Assembly (NCBI GenBank): GCA_038065675.1
Contig: JBBTQM010000016.1
Coordinates: 1-50,144 of the forward strand
Direction of reading: 5' to 3'
Length of the DNA: 50,144 nucleotides
From: Patescibacteria group bacterium
Lineage (GTDB): Bacteria; Patescibacteriota; Minisyncoccia; Phycocordibacterales; VMEP01
The notes under the pieces were generated by a model, which ran no database searches, was not told the origin of the DNA, and saw only the letters and a program-made list of their open reading frames with translations. A program made the position numbers and the translations under genes. Shown here piece by piece: positions 24,671 to 33,493 of the stretch. Numbering within the stretch: position 1 is the first letter of the stretch; each line of letters opens with the position of its first letter.

Positions 24671-25771
24671 ATGAGCCGCCGCCTAACAGAAAAATTGGGA
24701 ATATCAAAATCTGCGCGCGCAGCGCTTGTGATTTTGTTCGCCCTAGTTCTTTTCACGGGCGCGGCGTCGCTTTTAAAATTTGATTCCAAAACACTCGCGT
24801 CATCATCGCAAAATCTTTCAGGTTACGCCTGGAACGACAATATCGGCTGGATTTCATTTAATTGCACCAACACCAGTTCGTGCGCTTCCATTGATTACGG
24901 CGTAAATGTAGACACAACGACTCGCAATATGTCCGGTTACGCCTGGAGCGACAACGTTGGCTGGATTTCTTTCAATGAAATCGGCGGGTGTCCTGAGGTC
25001 GGATGCACAACGCAACCAAGCGTAAGCGTTTCCGGTCCCGTAACCGGATGGGCGAAAGTTCTATCCGCCGGAGGCGGCTGGGACGGCTGGATTAAATTGA
25101 ACGGCGCCTCGTTTTCCGGTTCAACCGCTTCCGGATATTCCTGGGGATCCGATGTTATCGGCTGGGTTTCCTGGGGTGGCACGGGAGGAGGCAATGTTGT
25201 AAGTTCAGTTAGCCTTACCAATCAAGCGCCAACGGCTTCAATTACAATTCCTACTACTGACATAGTGGTTTATTCGAACCAGCAGGTTTATTTTGAAGGT
25301 GCCGGAAGCGACCCGGATGGGACTATCGCCGCCTACGAATGGCGAGAAAGCAATTGTTCAACCGGAACTCTCGTATCTTCCGCGTCAAGTTTCAGCCAGA
25401 CATGGAGCGCCGGGGCACATGTAGTTTATTTGAGGGTTCAGGATAACCAAAGCTCATGGTCCGCCAATTGCCCTTCTCGCACCGTTACATCATCCGTTCC
25501 ACCTCCCATAAACGGAGTATGCGGTTCGGCTAACGGCGTTTCAACCGGAGTAAAGCCGACGTCAGGGTTGTGTGATTCAGGAACTTCTTCGGAAGTTCTG
25601 CCTGCAACGGGTCCGGGGCCGTGGACATGGTCGTGCATCGGAAGCAACGGCGGGACGACAGCTTCCTGTTCCGCGGCGACGTCCTGCGGAGATGGCATCT
25701 GCAATTCAAACAAAGGAGAAACACCCTCCACTTGCCGCCTTGATTGCAAGCCGAAGTTTGAAGAATTCTAG
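24671..25771 (+). CDS. Anchored surface protein with GYAWxDNxGWISF repeats, a PKD-like domain and a Cys-rich C-terminus
   Basis: Repeats SGYAWNDNIGWISFN / SGYAWSDNVGWISFN / SGYSWGSDVIGWVSW. PKD-like segment VYFEGAGSDPDGTIAAYEWR. C-terminus INGVCGSANG...GPWTWSCIGSNGGTTASCSA. Confidence 0.75.
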   Translation: MSRRLTEKLGISKSARAALVILFALVLFTGAASLLKFDSKTLASSSQNLSGYAWNDNIGWISFNCTNTSSCASIDYGVNVDTTTRNMSGYAWSDNVGWISFNEIGGCPEVGCTTQPSVSVSGPVTGWAKVLSAGGGWDGWIKLNGASFSGSTASGYSWGSDVIGWVSWGGTGGGNVVSSVSLTNQAPTASITIPTTDIVVYSNQQVYFEGAGSDPDGTIAAYEWRESNCSTGTLVSSASSFSQTWSAGAHVVYLRVQDNQSSWSANCPSRTVTSSVPPPINGVCGSANGVSTGVKPTSGLCDSGTSSEVLPATGPGPWTWSCIGSNGGTTASCSAATSCGDGICNSNKGETPSTCRLDCKPKFEEF

Positions 25772-25774
25772 CTC

Positions 25775-25791
25775 CCAAGGGGAGTCCTTGG
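25775..25791 (+). repeat. CCAAGGGGAGTCCTTGG hairpin, copy 2
   Basis: Identical 17-mer to 2132-2148, placed 4 nt after the stop codon of the 366-aa gene. Confidence 0.8.
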
Positions 25792-25840
25792 AAAATAGAC
25801 ATAGTAATAAATTAACAAAATAATATATAATAAATAAAAC

Positions 25841-26956
25841 ATGCTCACCCTCCTCTCCGCAATCAGCTCAATCCTCGCCCCGATCTTTTTAGGATTGGGA
25901 CTGAATTTCGCTCTGGCTTGGACCGGCCCTACCGCCGCCGCGCCGTTGAGCAATACCCCGACTCCAGTCAATATCGGCGCCACGAGCCAAGTAAAAAGCG
26001 GTGGATTATGGACTGGCTCAATCGGTACAGACGGCGGAGCCACATTCGGCGGTAGCGTCGGCATCGGGACGGTGAGTCCGGGGTACAAATTGGATGTAAG
26101 CGGAACAGCCCGAGCCACGAGCGATATGCGCGCGCCGTTATTTTATGATACTGACAATACCCTATATTATGCCGACCCGGCCTGGTGGAGCAGTTTTAAC
26201 AGTATTGCCGCCGCCAGAATAGACTCCGATATTTTATACGACAAAAACAATACCGGCTATTACGTGGATCCGAACAACACCAGTCGCTTGAATTACGGCA
26301 TATACGACAATCTATATTCGTACGGCTGGATGCAGACACCGATTTTTTATGACTCCAACAATAATGGATATTTTTTGGACCCGGACAGCACCAGTAATCT
26401 TAATTATCTCAACGTAGGGACACTCTACGCCTACGGCAATATGCGGGCGACCGGATACATCACGTCAGATTACGGATATTGGACGCGCTACGGCATTCAG
26501 GGACCATTTAGCAACAATGTGTTTAACTTTTATTGGGACGGGAGCTGTGAATATGCTTTCATAGACTATACCCAGGTTAACGCTTGGTGCATTTCCGACC
26601 GCCGCGGCAAAGAAAATATCGCAGATGACCCTAAATCGGGGCTTGGACGCGTCATGCAGATGCGCCCAGTCGTTTTCAACTTCCTTAAAGAAGAAAGGCC
26701 AGGCTTGGACCCTAACGTAAAAACCCTTCATCACGGTTTCATCGCCGACGAAATGGAGCAGATTATACCTTCCGCCGTCAACGGCAAAAAAGACGCAGTG
26801 GATAAGGACGGCAATCCGGAATACCAGAGCATAAACTACGATGAAATTACCCCCATACTCACCAAGGCTCTGCAGGAATTAAACGTAAAAGTGGAAGAGC
26901 AACGAAAAGAAATAGACCTGCTTAAATCCGAAATATATAAACTCAAGAATAGATAA
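25841..26956 (+). CDS. Tail-fibre-like surface protein with C-terminal intramolecular chaperone (Peptidase_S74-type) domain
   Basis: N-terminal TM/signal with an AWTGPT motif. YYxDPxNTS repeats. C-terminus ISDRRGKENI...VFNF...GFIADEMEQIIPSAV...YQSINYDEITPILTKALQEL plus a coiled coil, which is the pattern of self-cleaving tail-fibre/endosialidase chaperone domains. Confidence 0.8.
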   Translation: MLTLLSAISSILAPIFLGLGLNFALAWTGPTAAAPLSNTPTPVNIGATSQVKSGGLWTGSIGTDGGATFGGSVGIGTVSPGYKLDVSGTARATSDMRAPLFYDTDNTLYYADPAWWSSFNSIAAARIDSDILYDKNNTGYYVDPNNTSRLNYGIYDNLYSYGWMQTPIFYDSNNNGYFLDPDSTSNLNYLNVGTLYAYGNMRATGYITSDYGYWTRYGIQGPFSNNVFNFYWDGSCEYAFIDYTQVNAWCISDRRGKENIADDPKSGLGRVMQMRPVVFNFLKEERPGLDPNVKTLHHGFIADEMEQIIPSAVNGKKDAVDKDGNPEYQSINYDEITPILTKALQELNVKVEEQRKEIDLLKSEIYKLKNR

Positions 26957-26957
26957 T

Positions 26958-26976
26958 TCCAAGGGGAGCCCTTGGA
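26958..26976 (+). repeat. CCAAGGGGAGCCCTTGG hairpin, copy 3
   Basis: TCCAAGG, loop GGAGC, CCTTGGA, 1 nt after the stop of the tail-fibre-like gene. One loop substitution relative to copies 1 and 2. Confidence 0.8.
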
Positions 26977-27032
26977 TGTGTAAGCTTGGCAGTAAAAAAG
27001 AAATTTTTCCGCCAGTGCGGTATTATTAAGAC

Positions 27033-29792
27033 ATGGATTTAATGTTCGCCGCCGGAGAGAAATTAAACAGCCTTGGAAAAGAGATGGCTTTTTTGCGTGA
27101 GAAGATGAAGGAGTCTGCCGGCAAATCGCAAGAAGCTCTTCGCGCAAACTTGGAATCCCATGCCGCGAAAGCTCTCGTAGACTACAGGGGAGCAAAAAAA
27201 GAAAACGTTATACCCGAAGAATACAAAATACCGGAAGAAAAAGAGAAAGGGATTGTTCTAAAGCTTTCTCCGGAGCCCCACGACGCAAAAATAGAGGAAC
27301 TTTTGGGGATATTGCTTGAACACGGAGTTAAAAACACGCTCGCGGTGCTCGAGAGGTTGAATGACCCCCATTTGGACGACGATTTCCACCGCTTTCTCGT
27401 CCAATATCTTTCTGTCGGCAATCCCGTCCCGGGCCTTTCAAAAGGCGGAGATGTTTTTCAGGGAGTAAACATGAAGCTTTACCGCATTGCCGTGCCGCGC
27501 GCAGGTGAAACGGTTAACATTCGTGAATTTATATCAAAAATGGAGCAGTTTTACGCGGGGATGCTTTACGTTTCCGATTCAAAAAAACCTGAACCGGGAA
27601 AAAATTATTTTACTTTGGAATTCGCCCTTCCGGCCGAGAGCCCCGAGCTCGCGCTTTACGCCGCCGTGGAGCGCGAAAGAGCTTCAATTTTTGAAAAACT
27701 GTTTCTGGCTTTTTATCCGGACGCGCGCCTTACGGAAACGACCGACGATTACAATGTATTCGTGGAAAACGGAGCTTCGCTCGGCGCCAAGGCGTCGCTT
27801 CTTGCAAGCGGAGTGTTTCCCATAAAAACGTACGGAGAATTTGAGCATGACCCGATGGAAGCCGTTCTCTCGGCATTCTCAAGAATCGCCAGAAAGGGCG
27901 AGGGCGCGGCGCTCCAACTTGTTGTCGCGCCGGCGGGAGATTCCCTAATAAAGCGTTACGGACAGGTATTGGGGGAACTTGACCGCGGGGTCCCCATCAA
28001 AGATGCCATACCTTCGGACAGTATTTTGGACGCGTTCGCCAAGATAGGCAAAGACCTTATTTCCGGGAGTAAAAAGAAAGAAACAATCAACACTCAAGTT
28101 GAAACCGCCAAAACGCGCATAAAAGAAAAAATCGCGAGCTCCATGTCGTACGCGAACATTCGTATCGCAGTTTCTTCCGGAACTGTGGAGAGAAGCAAGG
28201 AGATATTAGGGCAAATCGCGGCGGCGTTCAATCAATTGCGTCTGCCGGAAGGGAACGGAATTACTTTTGAAATTTGCGAAGGACGGAACGCGATTAAGCT
28301 TTTCCATGAATTTTCGTACCGGCTTTTTTCCGAGGGCGACGCCTTTCCTCTTAATTTGAAAGAACTGTCCACGATTTTGCATGTTCCCGGGGGGCAGAAT
28401 AGCGGCGGCGCGCAGATTCTTGAGGCGACCTGGAAAACGGCAAAAGCACCGGCTAATATCCCAATGAGCGGGACGGTTTTGGGAATAAATAGGCATCAGG
28501 ATGCCGCTACCGATGTCCGCATTTCAATTGAAGACCGAATGCGGCATCTCTACGTAATAGGCCAAACAGGAACCGGGAAAACGACACTTTTAAAACAGAT
28601 GATTATTCAGGATATTGAAGCGGGGCACGGAGTTTGCATGATAGACCCGCACGGCGCCGACGTTGAGGATATTTTGGCGCATATTCCGGAGTCGCGTATC
28701 GGAGACGTAATTTATTTTGACCCGAGCGACACGGAACGCCCAATGGGGCTTAACATGCTTGAATACGACCCGCGCTATCCGGAGCAAAAAACATTTCTGG
28801 TCAACGAACTTCTCTCAATTTTCAACAAGCTTTTTGACATGAAAGTCGCCGGCGGCCCGGCTTTTGAGCAGTATTTCAGGAACTCCGCGTTCCTAGTCAT
28901 GGATGACCCGGAATCGGGGAATACCCTTCTGGATATTGCCCGCGTTCTATCCGACAAAGAGTTTCGGGCCATGAAGCTTTCGCGGACGAAAAACCCTCTC
29001 GTCGCACAATTCTGGCAAAACGCCGAGAAAACAACCGGAGAGCAGGGGCTTGCCAATTTCGTGCCGTATATAACCAATAAATTTGACGTGTTCCTTTCAA
29101 ATGATGTTATGCGGCCGATTGTGTCGCAGGAACATTCGGCGTTCTCTTTTCGCGACATAATGGACCAGAAAAAAATTCTTTTGGTTAACCTTTCCAAGGG
29201 ACGTCTTGGCGACATAAATTCAAGTCTTTTGGGTCTCATTATTGTCGGTAAATTTTCCATTGCCGCTCTTTCGCGCGCCGACATGGTTTCCATGGGGAAG
29301 AAACCGGAAGATTTTTTCCTTTACATAGACGAATTTCAGAATGTAACCACCGATTCAATAACGACAATTTTTTCCGAAGCGCGGAAATATAACTTATCGC
29401 TCACAGTCGCGCATCAATACATTGCCCAACTTCCGGAGAATATAAAGCAATCGGTTTTCGGCAACGTTGGCTCGCGCGCCGTTTTCCGCGTCGGCCAGGA
29501 GGACGCGGAATTTTTGGAAAGGCAATTTCTGCCTATTTTTAGCGCTAAAGATATTGTCAGTCTTTCAAACAGAAACGCGTACGTTAAACTTCTGGTGAAC
29601 GGAGAACCCGCGGCGCCTTTCAGTATGGAAACAATAATTTTTCCTCCGGGAGACGCGGCGCGGGCGATGAAAATTCGCGACATCTCGCGCGCTAAATACG
29701 GGAAGCCGCGCGCCGAGGTTGAAGCGGCTATCGCCGCCAAGTTTAAGAAAAACCCACAACCCACAATCCACAATCCGCAACTTGCAACATAA
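27033..29792 (+). CDS. Large P-loop ATPase with VirD4/TraD (type IV coupling protein, HerA/FtsK superfamily)-like C-terminal half
   Basis: 919 aa. Walker A VIGQTGTGKTT, then CMIDPHGADVEDIL and YFDPSDTERPMGLNMLE. Walker B-like FFLYIDEFQNV. Also SEARKYNLSLTVAHQYIAQL. The N-terminal 480 aa or so are unassigned. Confidence 0.8.
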   Translation: MDLMFAAGEKLNSLGKEMAFLREKMKESAGKSQEALRANLESHAAKALVDYRGAKKENVIPEEYKIPEEKEKGIVLKLSPEPHDAKIEELLGILLEHGVKNTLAVLERLNDPHLDDDFHRFLVQYLSVGNPVPGLSKGGDVFQGVNMKLYRIAVPRAGETVNIREFISKMEQFYAGMLYVSDSKKPEPGKNYFTLEFALPAESPELALYAAVERERASIFEKLFLAFYPDARLTETTDDYNVFVENGASLGAKASLLASGVFPIKTYGEFEHDPMEAVLSAFSRIARKGEGAALQLVVAPAGDSLIKRYGQVLGELDRGVPIKDAIPSDSILDAFAKIGKDLISGSKKKETINTQVETAKTRIKEKIASSMSYANIRIAVSSGTVERSKEILGQIAAAFNQLRLPEGNGITFEICEGRNAIKLFHEFSYRLFSEGDAFPLNLKELSTILHVPGGQNSGGAQILEATWKTAKAPANIPMSGTVLGINRHQDAATDVRISIEDRMRHLYVIGQTGTGKTTLLKQMIIQDIEAGHGVCMIDPHGADVEDILAHIPESRIGDVIYFDPSDTERPMGLNMLEYDPRYPEQKTFLVNELLSIFNKLFDMKVAGGPAFEQYFRNSAFLVMDDPESGNTLLDIARVLSDKEFRAMKLSRTKNPLVAQFWQNAEKTTGEQGLANFVPYITNKFDVFLSNDVMRPIVSQEHSAFSFRDIMDQKKILLVNLSKGRLGDINSSLLGLIIVGKFSIAALSRADMVSMGKKPEDFFLYIDEFQNVTTDSITTIFSEARKYNLSLTVAHQYIAQLPENIKQSVFGNVGSRAVFRVGQEDAEFLERQFLPIFSAKDIVSLSNRNAYVKLLVNGEPAAPFSMETIIFPPGDAARAMKIRDISRAKYGKPRAEVEAAIAAKFKKNPQPTIHNPQLAT

Positions 29793-29848
29793 AATTAGCG
29801 AGCTTTAGATTCTTTTTCTAATTTACCCATATTATAATTATAAACATA

Positions 29849-29886
29849 GTACACTATATTCTCACGGTCGTGAGAATATAGTGTAC
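29849..29886. other. Perfect 17-bp inverted repeat
   Basis: GTACACTATATTCTCAC, loop GGTC, GTGAGAATATAGTGTAC. No T-run follows on the plus strand. Confidence 0.85.
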
Positions 29887-30050
29887 AAACATGGCAATGA
29901 CAATTCGCAGACAAAATCCATATAGACCCTATGCGTAGGTCGGGTCTGTGCACCAAGCAGTAAAACAAAATTTGCTTTTTACGACGTTTTTGCTAATATC
30001 TTTTAGTATTTTCTGCATTTCCTAAAAACTAATAACTGAAAACTATTCCC

Positions 30051-30527
30051 ATGTCCAGCCAAAAAGAAGAAAAAACACTTATTATCATAAAACCGGACGC
30101 CATTCAGAGAAGTTTGGTGGGGGAGATTGTACAGCGCTTTGAAAAAAAAGGGCTCCGCATTGTCGGCATCAAAATGATGCGTCTTGAAGACGTTCATTTG
30201 GACGAACATTATAAACACCTGAAAGAAAAACCGTTTTTCGGCCGGATAAAAGAATTTATGAAATCTTCCCCCGTGGTAATCTTGGCTCTTTCCGGAATTA
30301 ACGCGGTTTCCGCCACACGCCTTATCGTCGGACCTACCAAGGGGTATGAAGCGGATGCCGGGAGTATCCGCGGAGACCTTTCCGTAAGCGGCCAAACCAA
30401 TATCGTGCATGCATCTGATACTGTGGATAACGCCCGTGAAGAAGTGAAAAGATTTTTCAAAAACAATGAATTATTCGAGTACTCAAAAGTAGATTTCCCC
30501 TTTATTTACGGCTCGGATGAAATCTAG
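30051..30527 (+). CDS. ndk: Nucleoside diphosphate kinase
   Basis: 158 aa. TLIIIKPDAIQRSLVGEIVQRFEKKG and the active-site NIVHASD. Confidence 0.95.
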   Translation: MSSQKEEKTLIIIKPDAIQRSLVGEIVQRFEKKGLRIVGIKMMRLEDVHLDEHYKHLKEKPFFGRIKEFMKSSPVVILALSGINAVSATRLIVGPTKGYEADAGSIRGDLSVSGQTNIVHASDTVDNAREEVKRFFKNNELFEYSKVDFPFIYGSDEI

Positions 30528-30562
30528 GAACAATTAGAACTCAGTTTTTATCCTAGTCAATA

Positions 30563-30590
30563 TTGCAAAACTTTTTTGCGCTTCTACAAT
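30563..30590 (+). promoter_or_regulatory. Sigma70-like promoter for a structured leader/sRNA
   Basis: TTGCAA (30563-30568), 16-nt spacer, TACAAT (30585-30590). Confidence 0.5.
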
Positions 30591-30596
30591 TAAGAC

Positions 30597-30760
30597 AGGG
30601 TTATTGGAATATCGCCTCTAAGATTAATAAATTTTATTCAGGGATTCTCACATTACGCTCCGCCGTGGCGGATCGTTGCGGAAACCCACTTAGAATGTGC
30701 TAGGGGCTGTGTGCTCAATAATCCTAAAAAGTCTCCCGCCGGTAAGGCGGGAAATTTTTT
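30597..30760 (+). ncRNA. Candidate structured RNA (riboswitch-like leader or sRNA) ending in an intrinsic terminator
   Basis: A closing stem GGGTTATTGG (30598-30607) / TCAATAATCC (30715-24; 10 bp incl. 2 G-U) encloses internal hairpins (CACATT/AATGTG, CCGCC..GGCGG). Then the terminator TCCCGCC, loop GGTAA, GGCGGGA, AA, T6 (30734-60), 47 nt before the next ATG. No known class recognised. Confidence 0.4.
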
Positions 30761-30807
30761 ACCCTAATAAAAACCAAAGTTTTTTGCTACAATTACTTTA
30801 ATCTTAC

Positions 30808-32190
30808 ATGGATAAAAAATCGGGGAATTTCAGAATTACGTTTTATGGCGGAGTTGGTACTGTTACCGGAGCAAATTTTATGGTTGAGGGGGCAGGGAAA
30901 CGCTTTCTTGTTGACTGCGGGCTAATGCAGGGATGTTTTAAGGTTTGTGATGATTCCAACAGGGCGCCGTTCCCTTACGACCCTGCGTCCATAGACGCGG
31001 TTTTTATCACTCACTCGCATATTGACCATGTCGGCCGCCTGCCAAAACTTGTCAAAGACGGATTCCGCGGGGTAGTTTATTCAACGCCTCCGGCGAAAGA
31101 AATAGCCGAGCTCATGCTTATTGACAGTTTGGGTGTCATGGAGAAAGAAGCCGAGAGAGACAATTTGCCGATGATATACGGCGAAAGCGACATATCGGAA
31201 GCTATGCGCTTATGGAAAACGGCTTTATACAAAGAAAGCATTGACATGGGTGGCGGGATAACAATCAGGCTACTTGATTCCGGACACGTACTCGGTTCAT
31301 CCATGGTTGAAATAAACCACAATAAGAAAAAATTAATTGTGACCGGCGATTTGGGGAATAGCCCCTCGCCGCTTTTAAATGACCCGGAGACGATAGCCGA
31401 TGCCGATTACTTGGTTACCGAAAGCGTTTACGGCGACCGCAATCATGAATCTCACGCCGAACGCAAAAGGCGGCTTGAAGAGATAATAGAGCGCGAAATA
31501 ATGCTTAAAGGGGTTCTGATGATTCCCGCGTTTTCACTTGAACGCTCGCAGGAAATTCTTTTTGAAATAAACGATTTTGTTGAAAATAGAAAAATTCCTC
31601 CTGTTCCGATTTATTTTGACTCACCGCTCGCCATCAAGGTGACGAAAATATATTCAAAATATCACAACTATTTCAATCCTGACGTCCGCGATTTGATTAA
31701 AAAAGGAGACGACATTTTTTCTTTTACGGGATTAAAGGTGACGATGACAACGGAAGAGTCCAAATCAATCGCGGACGCGCCAAATCCCAAGGTAATAATC
31801 GCCGGTTCCGGCATGTCACAGGGCGGCAGGATTATTCATCATGAAAAAAGGTATTTGCCGGACGATAAAAATACGCTTCTTCTTATCGGGTATCAATCGG
31901 CCGGAACACCGGGGCGGCTTCTTCAGGAGGGGGTTAAATCAATTAAAATTATGGGCGAAGATGTTCCCATAAATGCCGAGGTCATCACTCTTTCCGGCTA
32001 TTCCGCCCATAAAGATTCCGATGCTCTTATAGATTTCATATCTCACACAAGTGATACCGTGAAAAAAGTTTTTGTGGTTATGGGGGAAGTACGCTCATCC
32101 CTTTTTCTCGCCCAGCGCTTGAGGGATAACTTAGGTATTCAATCCTTCGTTCCTTCCATCGGAGAATCTTTTGAGCTGGATATGGGGTAG
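30808..32190 (+). CDS. MBL-fold, beta-CASP-type ribonuclease/hydrolase
   Basis: 460 aa. HSHIDHVG (HxHxDH) motif, a later DSGH, and a C-terminal GYSAHKD typical of beta-CASP RNA-metabolising enzymes. Confidence 0.85.
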   Translation: MDKKSGNFRITFYGGVGTVTGANFMVEGAGKRFLVDCGLMQGCFKVCDDSNRAPFPYDPASIDAVFITHSHIDHVGRLPKLVKDGFRGVVYSTPPAKEIAELMLIDSLGVMEKEAERDNLPMIYGESDISEAMRLWKTALYKESIDMGGGITIRLLDSGHVLGSSMVEINHNKKKLIVTGDLGNSPSPLLNDPETIADADYLVTESVYGDRNHESHAERKRRLEEIIEREIMLKGVLMIPAFSLERSQEILFEINDFVENRKIPPVPIYFDSPLAIKVTKIYSKYHNYFNPDVRDLIKKGDDIFSFTGLKVTMTTEESKSIADAPNPKVIIAGSGMSQGGRIIHHEKRYLPDDKNTLLLIGYQSAGTPGRLLQEGVKSIKIMGEDVPINAEVITLSGYSAHKDSDALIDFISHTSDTVKKVFVVMGEVRSSLFLAQRLRDNLGIQSFVPSIGESFELDMG

Positions 32191-32204
32191 AATAATATAA
32201 ATAT

Positions 32205-32795
32205 ATGGAGAATAACAAAAAGCACGAGCATTTGCGCCTTAAATTGGGAGTTTCCGGGGCGGCCGAAACCGGGCATTGCGGTCTTGATGCGCTGGATAAG
32301 GCGAAAGAACTCGGCCGTGAAATAGTAAAGCAAGGCGCGATTATTCTTACCGGAGCGACAACAGGGTTCCCTCTATGGGCGGCTATGGGTGCCAAAGAAG
32401 CCGGGGGAATTTCCGTCGGGCTTTCTCCGGCAACCAACCAAAAAGAGCATAAAAACGTTTATCGCCTGCCGGTTGATTACATGGACCTTATCATATATAC
32501 CGGATTCGGTTATTCCGGCCGCGACCTTCTTCTGACACGCTCCTGCGACGCGATGTTTATAGGTTGCGGAAGAATCGGGACCGTACACGAATTTACGATT
32601 GCTTATGAAGACCAAAAGCCAATAGGAGTTCTTGAGGGGGAATGGGAAACCGACGAGGTTATCCGAAATATAATCGATAAGAGCAACCGAATTAACAACA
32701 GAATTATTTTTGATAAAAATCCCAAAAGGCTTGTTGAGAGAATAATTAAAATGGTGGAAGAAATTCGCGCTGAAGAAAAAATGGATGAAGATTAA
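32205..32795 (+). CDS. LOG/TIGR00725-like Rossmann-fold protein
   Basis: 196 aa. GAIILTGATTG and GCGRIGTVHEF resemble the LOG-family GGxGTxxE signature. Confidence 0.7.
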   Translation: MENNKKHEHLRLKLGVSGAAETGHCGLDALDKAKELGREIVKQGAIILTGATTGFPLWAAMGAKEAGGISVGLSPATNQKEHKNVYRLPVDYMDLIIYTGFGYSGRDLLLTRSCDAMFIGCGRIGTVHEFTIAYEDQKPIGVLEGEWETDEVIRNIIDKSNRINNRIIFDKNPKRLVERIIKMVEEIRAEEKMDED

Positions 32796-32828
32796 AACAA
32801 AAACCTCGCCGCGGCGAGGTTTTTGTTT
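32795..32828. terminator. Bidirectional terminator between the LOG-like gene and rplT
   Basis: AAACAAAAACCTCGCC / GGCGAGGTTTTTGTTT, a 16-bp palindromic hairpin. Confidence 0.75.
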
Positions 32829-33168
32829 AAATAGATTTTACAACTCTCTTGAAAGATTCAGGATGCTTTTCCGCAAGGAAAGCCAGCATTTTTCTGTTTA
32901 GGAGGACTCCTTTTTTATTAAGAGCGCCGATGAACGAACTGTATGAGCGGCCTTCTTTAGCCAGAGCGGCTCCCAGGCGAACGTTCCAAAGACGGCGCAT
33001 GTCGTTTTTCTTATCACGGCGGTGGGCGAAAGCATAACTGCCGGCATGGGTAATGGCATCGCGCGCGGCAATCTCTTTTTTGCTTCTGGCAAAACGGTAT
33101 CCCTTGGCTTTGCTTAAGATACTACGCCTGCGTTTTATGGAAATTGTCCCTCTTTTTACTCTGGGCAT
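32827..33168 (-). CDS. rplT: 50S ribosomal protein L20
   Basis: 113 aa. MPRVKRGTISIKRRRSILSKAKGY start. Confidence 0.96.
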   Translation of the reverse strand: MPRVKRGTISIKRRRSILSKAKGYRFARSKKEIAARDAITHAGSYAFAHRRDKKNDMRRLWNVRLGAALAKEGRSYSSFIGALNKKGVLLNRKMLAFLAEKHPESFKRVVKSI

Positions 33169-33172
33169 ATAT

Positions 33173-33358
33173 TTAAGTGTTTGCTAAGAATCGGGAGCGC
33201 GCCAAACGGTTCATTACAAAAGCCACCGGCTTTTTGCCGGATAGCTGTTTGGTCCGCTTTTGCTTGGCGTTGAAATGGTTAAACCCAGGCTTCCTGCCGA
33301 GGATTTTCCCCCGTTTGGTGACCCTTAATCTCTTTGAGAACGACTTATTGGTTTTCAT
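33173..33358 (-). CDS. rpmI: 50S ribosomal protein L35
   Basis: 61 aa. MKTNKSFSKRLRVTKRGKI. Position between infC and rplT. Confidence 0.93.
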   Translation of the reverse strand: MKTNKSFSKRLRVTKRGKILGRKPGFNHFNAKQKRTKQLSGKKPVAFVMNRLARSRFLANT

Positions 33359-33493
33359 CCTATTAGAAGTTAACGTAGCTATTGTACCTATATTTTAAAG
33401 TTGTGCAATCCCTGTAGAAATTACCTGCGATTATGCCTTTTGTGTGAACTTCTATCTAACAGGATAAATATATTTTCCTACCCCCATTTTTTC

